Assembly: GCF_032444005.1 (NCBI RefSeq)
Contig: NC_091291.1
Span: 19,158,001-19,222,000 of the forward strand
Origin: Ranitomeya imitator
Taxonomy: Eukaryota
Length of the DNA: 64,000 nt
Reading direction: 5' to 3'
The notes under the pieces are model-generated. The model saw nothing but the letters and a program-made list of their open reading frames with translations. It did no database searches and had not been told where the DNA came from. Made by a program: the position numbers and the translations under genes. Each line of letters opens with the position of its first letter. The first letter of the stretch is position 1. This document shows positions 38,477 to 51,700 of the stretch, one piece after another.

Positions 38477-41400
38477 GTATGTAAGATCTCATTATCAAGA
38501 GGATCTGTCTATGGATGGGGAAAAAGGGAGAAGAATCGGGGTATAAAAAGCAAGCAACTCCAATGTGCATGGTCATAGATTAACACACTTCTCCGACATT
38601 CTGCACGATCAGTTTCACTGATTATCACTTTGCTGTTGCAGATACGTTGTGACTGACAACAAGAAAAATTCCACTTTATATTTTTGCATTATCGTTTTTC
38701 AAAGTGTCCAGAAATGAGAGCATTATAGAATTGGATATTTTAGTGGTTGCCCCGAGAACAGCTTTAAAACGTTATACACAAGTCTGAAATGGTAGCTACA
38801 ATTCTAAGAATGAGCTGAAGCTACAGAGATGTGGCTGTGTATGATCGACCAGGATAGTACCATGTGTGGCACAACATCTGACTGCCAGTATGGTCACTTT
38901 GAGAAAATCGCACTAAATTCAACCCAGTTAGAGGTTTGATAGCAAGTTGCACTTGACTTCGCCTCTATACGTTGCTACTAGTGATGAGTAGAGATGGGCG
39001 AACTTGAACAGTAAAGCTTGGCATCCGTATCGAACATCTACTGTTCAGGCACAGATATCAAAGGCGTTCCCCCCCCCCAACTCCGAGTGTTTCTAATGCT
39101 ATCATGTGCATGACAACACGGCAAACACTGCTTCTGATCGGCGGTAAGATCATTACCGTCGGTCAGACAGCCGCAGTTCCCAACCTGTCGAATGAGAGCG
39201 AAAGACCGCAGCTGTCACTGGCATCAGATGATGGGACTACTCCCTCCATCATCCTACACTTGCTGCCGCTAATAACAGATAGAGCAGGTAGCGGCTGATG
39301 GGAGTATTAATCAGCCAGGACCTGTGCTCTAAATAAATTAAAGAAAAATGACTTGGGTTCCCCTGTATTTTTTGATAACCAGCCAGGCAAAACTGACAGC
39401 TGCGGGAAGCAACCCTCAGCTGTCAGCGTTACCAAGGCTGGTTATCAAAAAGAGGGTTCCCCACATTGTTTTTTTTAAAATAAATAAAAACAAAAAAAGT
39501 GTGGAGGTTCCCTTCATTTTTGACAAGCAGCCAAGCTAAAACAAGCATCTGAGGGCTGGTATTCTCAGGATGATAAAGGTCCATGTATATTGGTCCGCCC
39601 TTCCCTAAAAACAGAAGCCCGCAGCCGCCCCAGAAAAGGCATATTAGATGTGCCAATTCTGGCTCTTTGCCCGACTCTTCCCACTTGCCCTGTAGCGGTG
39701 GCAAGTGGAGCTCATATTTGTGGGGATGATATCACATTTGTTTTGTCCAGTGACATGAAGCCCATGAATTAGTAATGTAGAGGTGCATGTAAGACACCTA
39801 TCAGTTACTAATCCTATAGTGGTATTGTAAATAGACACAGACAAAATAAAGTCTCTTGAGGTACCGTCACACTGAACGATATCGCTAGCGATCCGTGACG
39901 TTGCAGCGTCCTGGCTAGCGATATCGTTCAGTTTCACAGGCAGCAGCGATCTGGATCCTGCTGTGCCATCGCTGGTCAGCGCAGAAAGTCCAGAACTTTA
40001 TTTCGTCGCTGGACCTTCTGCAGACATCGCTGAATTGGCATGTGTGACGCCGATTCAGCGATGTCTTCACTGGTAACCAGGGTAAACATCGGGTTACTAA
40101 GCGCAGGGCCGTGCTTAGTAACCCGATGTTTACCATGGTTACCAGCATAAACATCGGGTTACTAAGCGCAGGGCCACGCTTAGTAACCCGATGTTTACCC
40201 TGGTTACCAGCGTAAACGTAAAAAAAAAAAACCACTACATACTTACATTCCGTGTCTGTCCCCCGGCGCTGTGCTTCCCTGCACTGTCAGCGCCGGCCAG
40301 CCGTAAAGCAGATTACAGTGGTGACGTCACCGCTGTGCTTTCCGGCTGGCGCTCACTGTCAGTGCAGAGAAGCAGAGCGCTGGGGGACAGACACGGAATG
40401 TAAGTATGTAGTGTTTTTTTTTTTTTACGTTTACAGAGATGTAGATCTGTGTGTTGTCAACATAGAGATGATACTGAAAACTGTGAGATTCTATGAGCTG
40501 TCCCAGGCTGTCTTAGGTTTGTCCCACACGTCCAGATAATTCCGGTACCGGAATTATCCGTGTCCGTGTGCTTACGTAGCACATCAGTGTGGCACACGTG
40601 CGGCAGCCGTGTGCCGACTGAGGACCACACGGACCGTGCAGGAGGCAGCGCTACAGTTAAGTGCTGTCCCCTGCGTGCGGTGCTGAAGCCGGTATTCATC
40701 TCTTCCTCCCAGCAGCGTTCGCTGGAGAGAAGGAATGAATAATCAATTTTTTTTTCTTTCTCCTTAAAAATAAAGTTTGTGCGTCCCCTCCCGCCTCCCA
40801 TCCCCTGTGCGCCCCCCACTTGCCAGGAAATACTCACCGACACCCAGCTCCAGCGATGTCTCCTCTCAGCGCCGGCAGCAGGCCCTGTGTGAGCGGTCAC
40901 GTGGTCCCGCTCATTACAGTGAGGAATATGCGCATATTCCTCACTGTAATGAGCGGGACCACGTGACCGCTCACACAGCACAGGCTGCAGCTGCTGAGAG
41001 GAGACATCGCTGGAGCTGGGTGTCGGTGAGTATTTCCTGGCAAGTGGGTCCGTGAAATCATGCTGACATGTGCAGAGACACATTGATTTTAATGTGTCTA
41101 CATGAGTCAGTCTCTCCGGTACGTGAGGAAACTGTCACCTCACATACCGGAGCCACTGACGTGTGAAACCGGCCTTATGGATGCCTCTCCATTACTAAGC
41201 TGAGGGCTTGATGTCATCGAACAATGCAAAGGTAACATTAACCCCACAAATATGAACCCCACTTGCGACCGCTACAGGGCAATTCGGAAGAGCTGGGCAA
41301 AGAGCCAGAATTGGCACATCTACTAGATATGACTTTTCTGGGCGGCTGTGATCTGCTGTTTTTAGGCTGGGGGGGCAATAACCATGGGCCCTTACCAGAC

Positions 41401-42338
41401 TGAGAATACCAACCCCCAGCTGTCTGCTTTAGCTTGGCAGGTTGTCAAAAATTGGGGAGACCCCACGTCGTTTTTTAAATTATTTAAATAATTTAAAAAA
41501 CAATGTGGGGACCCCGCTATTCTTGATATCCAACCTTGCTAACGCTGACAGCCAAGGGTTGCAGTCCGCAGCTGTCACTTTTGCCTGGCTGGTTATCAAA
41601 AATACAGCGGACCCAGGCATTGTTTAATTATTTATTTAGAGAGCATGCACCTGTTGATGAATACTCACATCACCCGACGCCTGCTCTCGCTGTTATTAGC
41701 AGCAGCACCCAACAGTGATATGAATAGGCACCAGTGTTGCAACAGTTTTATAAATGCAGGCTCTGACAGTGGCTGGAGACATTTCTTTATGATGGTGCAG
41801 TAGACAATGCAGTAAATACCCACAAAAGAGAATATGAAAGGCAGCACTCACCAGTCTCCTCTGTGAATTAAAAGACCTTTATTTTAACATAATCCAGGCT
41901 ATTAAAATAAAAGACAATTCACAGAATGACTGGTGAGTGCGGCCTTTCACATTCTCTTTTCTAGATATTTGATGGGAGCAGTAGTCCCATCAGCTGACAC
42001 AATTGACCAGAGGTAAACTCTTTACCTCTAATCAGTGTGGGAACCGCGGCTCTATGACCAGCGGTAATGATTTATCCCGATCAGAAGATGTTTGCTGCGA
42101 TGTCATGCCCTATTGAAAACACGTGCATGCTCGGCCAAGTAAAGTGAGCATGTGTATGGGGGTCGAATCAATAGCCATTAATGGACATTCTCTGCTAGAT
42201 CAATTTAGGACTACATTGCTCAATTCTGGTCAGACCCAAAAGCCGATTTTTTCTTTTTGCCTTTAATCTGCACACAATGGGTTCTAATGTGTCGCCGTCT
42301 TCTTTTTCCCTCAGGCGCTTGAGACTGAAGAAAGAGAT

Positions 42339-43568
42339 ATGGATTCCCAATTTATAGTTCCTGAAAATGAACTGCAGGAGATGAAGAACTTCTTTGAAAA
42401 TAGAGATCTTGCAGAAGCTGTAGAAAGTGTGAAGAGATGCCTGGAAGACATTGACCAAGTCACGTTGAATGTTGCCGTAACTGGAGAATCGGGATCAGGA
42501 AAGTCAACTTTTATCAACGTAATCCGAGGCCTTGGCGATGAGGAAGAAGATTCTGCCAAGACAGGCGTGGTCGAGACAACCACAGTCCCATCACCTTATT
42601 TACACCCGCATCACAAAAACGTGAAATACTGGGACCTTCCCGGGATCGGAAGTCCTGTATTTAATCCGATGGATTATCTGCAATTGGTGAAGTTTCACCA
42701 ATATGATTTTTTTCTGATCATCACAACCGAACGCTTCAGAGAATGTCACATCCTGTTAGCACAAGCCATCAAGTCCATGGGGAAGAAGTTCTACTTTCTG
42801 AGATCCAAAATAGACTCGGCAATAAAAGGATGTCGACGAAGAAGGACAAACTACTGCAAGGATGAAGATCTACTGAAGAAAATCCACGATGACTGCGTAA
42901 ATGGTCTCCGAGCTGGAGGTATCGAGAACCCTCGAGTGTTTCTAATTTCCAGTCTAGAACCTGAAAAGTATGACTTCTACTTGATCCAGAAAACGCTAGA
43001 GGACGAACTTCCGAGTCACAAGAGACATGTATTTCTTTTGTCTCAGCCCAATTTTTTCCACCAGGCCGTGGAGAAGAAGAAAAAGGTCTTTCTATCGCAA
43101 ATCTGGAAATGGGCCATCGTCTCCGCTATGAACGTTGTGACGTCACAAAGGTCGGGTGCGAGTAGTATGTCGTGTGTTCCGTATTTATCAGCCAATGGTG
43201 ACCTCACCCTCATGGTCAATGTTTTGGAAGAGTACAAGAAAGCTTTCGGACTGGACGCGAGATCCCTTAAAATGCTATCGGATACCTTTGGGAGAGATCT
43301 CGAAACTTTGAGATCAATGATCAGAACCACAACGGCTTTGGAGGAGATAACTCCCGAATTGGTTTTCCATCACCTAAAGAGTCAGGGTCTGACGGACATG
43401 GGTCGTATAGTGACAGCATGTGTAAATCAGATTGTTCCGCAAATTGGCACATTGGCAAGTGGAGGAGTTGCCTTCGGGACGACTTACTGGATACTAAGCA
43501 GCTTCTTATCAGCTATGGCAGAAGATGCTACCAAGGTGCTGACGATGGCATTAGCGACTTCTGACTAA
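42339..43568 (+). CDS. irgc: Immunity-related GTPase (IRGC-like), 409 aa; 'IRG3', type A, adjacent to smg9
   Basis: G1 GESGSGKS, AKTGVVETT, WDLPG, G4 RSKID, LPSHKRH. Acceptor tctttttccctcag (AG 42313-42314) upstream of the ATG. Convergent with smg9, as human IRGC is with SMG9. Confidence 0.95.
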   Translation: MDSQFIVPENELQEMKNFFENRDLAEAVESVKRCLEDIDQVTLNVAVTGESGSGKSTFINVIRGLGDEEEDSAKTGVVETTTVPSPYLHPHHKNVKYWDLPGIGSPVFNPMDYLQLVKFHQYDFFLIITTERFRECHILLAQAIKSMGKKFYFLRSKIDSAIKGCRRRRTNYCKDEDLLKKIHDDCVNGLRAGGIENPRVFLISSLEPEKYDFYLIQKTLEDELPSHKRHVFLLSQPNFFHQAVEKKKKVFLSQIWKWAIVSAMNVVTSQRSGASSMSCVPYLSANGDLTLMVNVLEEYKKAFGLDARSLKMLSDTFGRDLETLRSMIRTTTALEEITPELVFHHLKSQGLTDMGRIVTACVNQIVPQIGTLASGGVAFGTTYWILSSFLSAMAEDATKVLTMALATSD

Positions 43569-45706
43569 CTCTGGCACGTTCACCAAGTAGCCTTTTAACA
43601 ACAGGTGGTGCCTAGAAAGGTTGTATGAATCCCTTTGGTGAAAGATCAGAACAGGATGTAAAACTTTATCTCACGTTACATCATCTATATACCCACCATA
43701 CACATGAAGAAGCAATCTTGTGTTCCACTACATGGTGTCTCCGTTTCATACAGAGGATTTAGATGAGAATGTCTTCATAATGCAACGATCCAAGACGACA
43801 AAGTTTCCTGCGACTCCATAACACATTAGGACGGTGCTATATTATGTGCCCAAAGACCTCTATGGGCACCATTTTACAACTACGTACAACTAAGATGCGG
43901 TCACTGGAAATATCAAAAATGTTTTTCTTATGTAGTATAAATGTGTTTATAAGAACAATTGTTGTTTTTTGCCTTTTTTTATTAATTTTGGGAGGAGCAA
44001 GAAAAATAGCACAGTAAGGTCATAGCATCATAATACAGCTCAATATTACCTGCTAACACTCGATTCTTGTGAATGGCACCTCGCAGCCAAAATCTTCTGC
44101 TGAGAAGTTCCTTTAAAAGTGGTCCTTCAGAATTTAGAGGTCTGGGGGTCCCGTGCTCCAAGTAGCTCTCCAGCTGTAGCTAAACTCCTTATTGGATGAA
44201 ACGGTCTAGTGACCCTGACGCATTTTATAAATCCTTAATCCAGGGTTGAGAAATAAAATCTTGAGTTTAAGAAGTTTTAATCTTTATTTAAAAAAGAAAA
44301 GAAAATGAAGTTAAAGGGTTATTCTCAAAACATGATAGGGGATAACTTGATGCTTGCTGACGGTCTAACTGCTAACCTGCAGTGGAGGTGTGCATGCCCT
44401 GCACTAATCATTGTCTATGGGATTGCGGAGTACATCGCTCAGCTATATCTGTCAGTCCCATAGACAATGAATGGAGTAGATGAGGAGCATGAGCAAATGC
44501 ACTACAGTACGGGGCTGTAGATCCCGTTTTCAGGGTTCCAGATCGTGAACACTGTGAATGCTGGAAGTCCCAGCGAACAAACCTCCAATGATCAGCAAGT
44601 ACTTCACTATGCTCTTTTGGGAATAACCCTGTAAAAATGCTTTTTTTGCTTTTTAGTCTCAGAACGAGGATCCTCACTAATCTGCTTCACATCAGGATGG
44701 GACTACACCGAAAAATGAAAGGTGCTCTTAAAAAAAAAAAAAAAAATCAAAAAACAGTTGAGTGAGACATGGCTGGAATGATCCCCCGATACGGACATAT
44801 TTGTGCTTGTCCCGCCACCCACCTATTAAATAGCTTGTGACATGGTATATATCAGACTTCTTCCCCGGATCATCAGAGCCTTGTAAGTCTTCTCCAGTCA
44901 CATCCAGAGCTGCATTTACACTTCTTCTCATGATTTCTTAGTGACTGGACCAGCAGCCATAGAGTTGACAACATTTAGCAGAACTGTTTCAGCAGCTTTT
45001 GGGGGCGAGAACGCTGTAACCCCGGATGAGGACAAAGTATATTGGTACTCCTTCATCTGAAGGCGGCAGAGGTGTGCGGGAATCCGGCAAAATGGTGAAT
45101 GCTCTGGGAGAGTATCCACCATGTAACTCGGCTTCAGGACAATAGAGGTGACGCTTTATACAGACGTAGATACTCTAACTACCACCATGCTATACTTTGA
45201 TGCTTACCGGGGAGTGCTGGGAGTTATAGTTCCTCAACAGTTGGCGAGTGGAAATGTATGGTTCTGGAGCTGTCAGTCTTAACGTAATTCCACAAGCATC
45301 GGGGGAAAAAAAAATTCCATCCGTATAGAACAGAACTGATTTCTGTAAGTTACATACACCGCTTGTTCAGGTTGTTGCGTTTTTATTGTCCATCATCATC
45401 GCTGGGATAAGTGGCGCCCCCCGACAGCTGTGGAAGGTATTTACAACGTCTCGTGATCAGTACAGATTATCACATCCCGGCGCTCGTCTATTGCAGGCGA
45501 TTTACTGGTACAGACAATTGGACTTGTACCGCCATCTTTGGTCACGCTGCCTCGATCGACGGCCGTAACTTCAGAGTCCTCCAAATCGTGTCCTGCTGGT
45601 AGGAATCCGTATCCCGGACTCCTCACGTTGTGACTTCTGGAGTTGGGTCCTGTCTATCAAGCAGAGCGCACAAAGTCCGCACCCACCGAGGCTCCGCCAG
45701 TCTTTC

Positions 45707-48700
45707 CTAGCCCAGTAATCTGCTGTACTCAGAAAGAGCCGATGACTTCTTCACCCCGTCCCAGATACGAGCGGCGTAGTGAAACCTAAAAATGGAAAAA
45801 TATTTTAAAACTAAGAAAGATACAAAAAATCCTGTTGAGTTTCACCTGTAGTGACAGCGCTCATGGGCAGTAATACTAAGAAAGTAAGCCCGAGATATGT
45901 GACATGTCCCTGCACGGCCTCTAGGGGGGCGCGACTGCTGCTCAGCGGGCTCCTTACCAGTTCTTTTCGGTCAGGATAGTGTGTGACAGCTGCGGGCGGG
46001 ACATGGACATCATCTGGCTGCGGAGCTTACTGATCATGGTGTGGAAGCTGGGGTGCCCCTTGTAACCCGGCAGGAGCAGAGGAGGAGCAGCATTTCCTCC
46101 TGACCCTGGAAAAAAAACAAACACAAATATACATAAAGTTTTAGTAACTAAACACACAAAATGAGTGACTAAGCCAACACCAGAGAAAGGAAGGGGAGAA
46201 AATGACAGAAGAGAGAAAGGGAACGAAAGGGGAGACAAGAAATAGAGGGAGAAAAGGGAATAGAGAGAAAATGAAGACGAGTGTGAGGTTGCTAAGAGCG
46301 AAAGACAGTGTGATGGAGTGTGTGAGGCAGAGAGAACCCAAGAGTGCTGTGAGAGGAAAGGTGACGGCACCGCCTGGAGAATGGAAGGCGAGCGAGGGGG
46401 AAGAGAGGGAAAAGGCGAGCGAGGAGGGAAGAAGGGAAAAGGCGAGCGAGGGGGAAAGAGAGGGAAAAGGCGAGCGAGGGGGAAAGAGAGGGAAAAGGTG
46501 AGCGAGGGGGAAAGAGAGGGAAAGGTGAGCGAGGGGGAAAGAGAGGGAATAGGCGAGCGAGGGGGAAAAAGAGGGAAAAGGCAAGCGAGGGGGAGAAGAG
46601 AGGGAAAAGGCGAGCGAGGGGGAGAAGAGAGGGAAAAGGCGAGCAAGGGGGAGAAGAGAGGGAAAAGGCGAGCAAGGGGGAGAAGAGAGGGAAAAGGCGA
46701 GCGAGGGGGGAAGAGAGGGAAAAGGCGAGCGAGGGGGGAAGAGAGGGAAAAGGCTAGCGAGGGGGGAAGAGAGGGAAAAGGCTAGCGAGGGGAAGAGAGG
46801 GAAAAGGCGAGCGAGGGGGGGGGGGAGGAGGAAAGAGAGGGAAAAGGCGAGCGAGGGGGAAGAGAGGGAAAAGGCGAGGGACGGTGAAAAGGCAATTGAG
46901 GGGGAAGGGATGGAAAAGTCGAGCGAGGGGGGAAAGGCGAGTGAAGGTGAAAAGGCGATTGAGGGGGAAGAGAGGGAAAAGGCGAGCAACACAAGAGAGA
47001 AGGGAAGAGAGGGAAAACGGGCGCACCTGAACAGAGAAGGTGAGGGAGAGAGGGAGCTACTGAGAGAAAATGAAAGGCAGCTAGTGATGAGCGAGTATAC
47101 TCGTTGCTCGGGGTTTCTAGAGCACGCTCGGGTGACCTCCGAGTATTTGTTAGTGTTCGGAGATTTCGTTTTCATCGCCACAGCTGAATGATTTACAGCT
47201 ATTAGCCAGGCTGAGTACATGTGGGGGTTGCCTGGTTGCTAGGGAATCCCCACATGCAATCAAGCAGGCTAGTAGCTGTAAATCATTCAGCTGCCGGGAT
47301 GAAAACTAAATCTCTGAGCAATCATAAATAAATACCAAGCAACCCCAAGAAATACCATAAACCCCAAGCAACGAGTATATTCGCTCATCACTAAAGGGAG
47401 TGAAAGTGACAGCGTGAGAAAGAGCATGAGACACCAAGAATATTGTGATAGATATCTGGGAGTGGGCGGTGACGTACCTGATTTGGACACTGTCTCATCA
47501 GTATCATTCTCCATGGTTGGTATTAAAAATAAATTCACCTTCGATTCCAGGAAATCATAGGATAATCCAGGGAAAATGTTGCAGTCCAACATGGAGACAG
47601 TGCCTTAAAGAGAAGAGAGCAATTATAGGAAGGGTGACATTAGGCACACATCACCCTGCAGACACGGCCCGGGTGCCACGTCTGCCCCTCACTGCACTGG
47701 ACTGCGGGAGCCGCGGGGGATTCATTGCTCACAGTCGCCTCTACAGATGAGCTCTGGTTCTCCATGTGTCCGGCCAGGAGGGCAGGACAATATTTATTTT
47801 CTCCATATTCTCATTCTCCGGCCTCAGCGCTAGGTTCAGGACTACGTCCGCCGTCTCTGGTATCAGTCTATGGCGTCCGTTACCTTTGTAGTGAAGCTGT
47901 GAGTGAAACATCAGCTTGTCGACCACCAGGTTCATCTGCTTCAAGGATCGGGGACAGAAATCTTCTCTTTTGGCTTTATTCTGTAGAAACACTAAAAAAA
48001 ACATAAATGTTAAATAGAAATCAGGTAAAAGGATAATAATTGATTTCCTATTGGTTCAGGATTATGCGGCTTTTGCTTGTCGGTCTGGTGGTTTATTCAC
48101 CTCCCCAACTTCATGGACGCTATTATGGGAAACGCCGGCTACTAAGGATCTTTCAGGTCTGGCCATTAATAAAGAGACAAAAGTTAAACAACCAAAAGCC
48201 GGCGATGTCTCCAGACACGAGGACTTACCTATGTGCGGGTAATACTCAATGCCGTCATCACCTCCGGATGATCCGCTCGATTCGTGGCTGGGGGACGGGG
48301 TGGACGGTTTTAACATCTCGGCCGTCTGCAAAAACCTAAATAACCAGATATAACAAAAAAATGTTATTGCTTAATTTTGAGAATAAAAAAAAAAAAAAGA
48401 ATCAGTCCAGGTCACGGGCTCGTTTTTTACGTCTTGTACCGATCCGATCACCGTGCATCCACCACATGCCTGAGATCTCAGAAGATGGAAAGAACTGATA
48501 GATTCACTGTCATGTACTGCACCCAGCGATTTCCATCAGTCCTATAGACAATGAATGGAGCGGTGGTGCATGCAAGACTTGTGACAGGAGGAGTCCCCCA
48601 GCGATAATACATTTATTACCCCCCGTATTGTGGTGTATGACTGGACCCCTTTAAATTCTTACCTGTATAAATTAAAGTCGGTGAACCAGTCCTGGACAAC

Positions 48701-51700
48701 GATGACTACGTGACACACCGTGAACAGGAAGGCGGCTATTTGCAAAGACTGAAAGAAGAAAAAAAGAATTTACCATGGAGTGAAACTTTTAATTGTTTTT
48801 TTTTTTTACCAACAAATGCTCAACTTTGGGGGGAAAAATTCAGCTTTGTAGAACTTGCACATGTGTAATTACAGCTTATGTCCACAAGATGGCGCATGTT
48901 GATTCTGTAGTAAGTACATGCGCCATCTGGTGGCCATAATTTATACGCACAGGTTCTGCAAAACTGGTGCTATTACGACATGTGCTGGTTGGAAGTTGCC
49001 CTCACCTGCATCTCCACGTACGTGTGGGGCAGATTGTATTCTGGGGGAAGCTTCCGGTCATTATTGATCAGGTGGTCCAGTATGGCCGGACTCAACATGG
49101 GCTGGAAAAAAAAATATATATATATTATTAGTTGATTGCAAAATGGACGACTTTGCCTCTGCTCCGTCCGTCGCTTACCTGAGTGTCCAGGAAGATGATC
49201 CTCTCCTGACTGATGAAGAAATCAATGCCGCTGGTCTGGTTCCCGGCTCGCTCTCTCACCTCTTGGCTTTGCATCCTGAAGACGTAGGACCTGGAGACCA
49301 CCATAGAGAGAGGAAGGGGTTACGTGGAGTTTGTCAGCATTAAAGGGGTTGTCCGGCCTGCAATATAGTCTTCAAAATGGTGTCTGTGTGCCCTATGTGA
49401 GTGGGTTGGGGAAGGGTGGTCACAATTGTGGGGTACTGATGGGTTACCATTGCAGTTGGGGGCTCCTGAAGAAGGCCCCCCGCAACCCACGGTTAGACCT
49501 CATAGGAGATTGTACATTGAAGTATTGCAGAGCGCAGTACACGCTGCAGGAAACAAACCATGGCAGGTTCAAGACACCAAGGGGGGACTAAATATACCAC
49601 TGGGATGGGAGGCGAGCGCGCTGTCGGCCCTCCCGATTACTGCACACAGACAGCTTGTTCTGTCCTTGGGAGGGCAGAGATGGTGATTAGCCGTCTCTGC
49701 CTTCTCTGTGCGTAGCCGGGCCGTGTCTGACAGCCGTCTCCCCGCTCCTACTCTATACTGTGTAGTAAGGCTAATGGGGAATAGAGCACGGACCGCCGGA
49801 CGTTTATAGCCTATGAGCGGTTCGGAAGTAGTTAATTAATGAAGTGTCATATATAGAGTTAAAAAAAAAAAAAAACATGACCGCTGCAGCCAATGATCGG
49901 TTGCAGCTGATCAATATTCTGCTGACATCGGCTCTTGCAAAAATAGTAAAGGCTGCGGCTGATCAGTTAGGAATAGCAGTGCCGTCGTTGTGGTGTATGA
50001 AGCGGGAACACGCCCCATACGCGACAGCCGGGACCTGCCGCTAACGAGGGCAGCCAGAGGTTTTGCCCAAATTTATTTAACCTGTTAAATGCCACTGTCA
50101 ATTTCTGACAGCAGCATTTAACAGGCACCGACGTGCATCATTAACTCCGTCCATAAAGTGAGAGGAGGTAAGATGACAGTTGGGGGAGGGGTCAGCGGAT
50201 GACCCCCGTGACTGTCATTACCGAGCTTCTTCTGCAAAATATGTTGGCGCCATAGAAATAAAAATTATTATTATTATTCTTTGAAACCCTGCCTGTGGTT
50301 GGGCTTTAAAAGGAGACTGTGATGCTATAAAGCACCTCCATATAGAGCACAAGCAATCTGATGAGGGCAGCTTCAAGTCCCTTAAAGGGGGTCACAAAAA
50401 TCAGAAAAAAAAAAAAATTCAAATCAAGCCCCTTTACCCAATAAATATATATTAATTTTATCAGCATGCAAAAGAGGTAAATCTAATGTGCCAAAACCGC
50501 AGCAAAAAATAAAATAGAATAAAAAACACACACAAGGCGAACGTGCTTTTTTACTGCAGCTTCTTAAACCGCCCAGTGTGAACTTACCCTTACATGGTGT
50601 ATGAACCCCCTTGTCAGAGCCATGTAGAATGGACGATGTGTTTATTCCCTTGGAAATAGCCGGGGGAGAGGATGGTACCTAACGCAGGCGCCTTTTTCGC
50701 TTTGACTTCTGATTTTTTTTTTTACTAATAAATCTACTAAAAAAAAATACCTGCCAATACTAAAATCAAAACTTGCATAAGTCCTAAACAAATTGGAAGT
50801 CAGATTTGTGGTGAAAAAGCCGCCTACGTTAAATACCATCCTCTCCCCCAGCTATTTCCATGGGAATAGACACATCAGCCATTCTATACGCCTCTTACAA
50901 AGGGGTTTGTAATATTCGATCAATAAATGTGAATTTTTTTAACTTTACTGGAGTAAAATCTCTTCTTTTTTGGCATTTGGTGTTCACGTTCCAGACTAGG
51001 ACGGCTCAGTGCGATCATCTATAGGGGGCTCTGAACGTGGCGAGCCGACTTTCCTTTCCCTCCCAAAGTGATCAAAAAAAGTCACCCATATTCCAAAATA
51101 CTATTAATAAAAATCTGGTATCATCCCTCAAGAAAGAAGCCTCCACACCGCTACAACAGCCAAAAAATAAGAGGAAGAAAAAAAAAAAAAAAAAAAAACG
51201 GAAACGCAGAAACGGAAATTGGCCATATTGTGAAGGGGTTAAAATAAAGATCAACAATTAGACATGTTTCCTGTCTTGATCCTTCAGCGGCTCGACTATG
51301 GATTTCACATGTAGACGACCATTAGCATATGGGGGGTCCTCACCTCTGGTCGTCATCTGGAGAGTTGGCGGACAGAAGAGACATCATGGTGGACTTGCCG
51401 GTGCCCTGCGAGCCGAGGATGCCGACGACCAGGACGTCCGTCTGATCCAGCAAGAACTGCAAAAAAAAAAAAAAACGCACAGAGCATGAATATACTGCTG
51501 GGTACATGCCAGCCGGAAAGGGGCGAAACGGTCAGCAAATATCTGAATCTGATTGAGTCCCCTGGGAAAACTACTGACCCAATAAGACTGGGGAGACCCC
51601 TTTAAGGGTCTTATGGTCGGGATCGGAGGTCATTGGAGCAGAACATTGCTGCCATTAAAGCACTGGTCACATGACTGAGGCTCTAATACGGCCCCCGGGA

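Noticed and set aside
45954-47220. 230-aa and 359-aa Ser/Pro/Leu/Phe-rich ORFs
   Set aside because: Low-complexity translation of the polypyrimidine repeat. Only the last 49 codons of 45954..46646 are real (smg9 exon 46105-45958).
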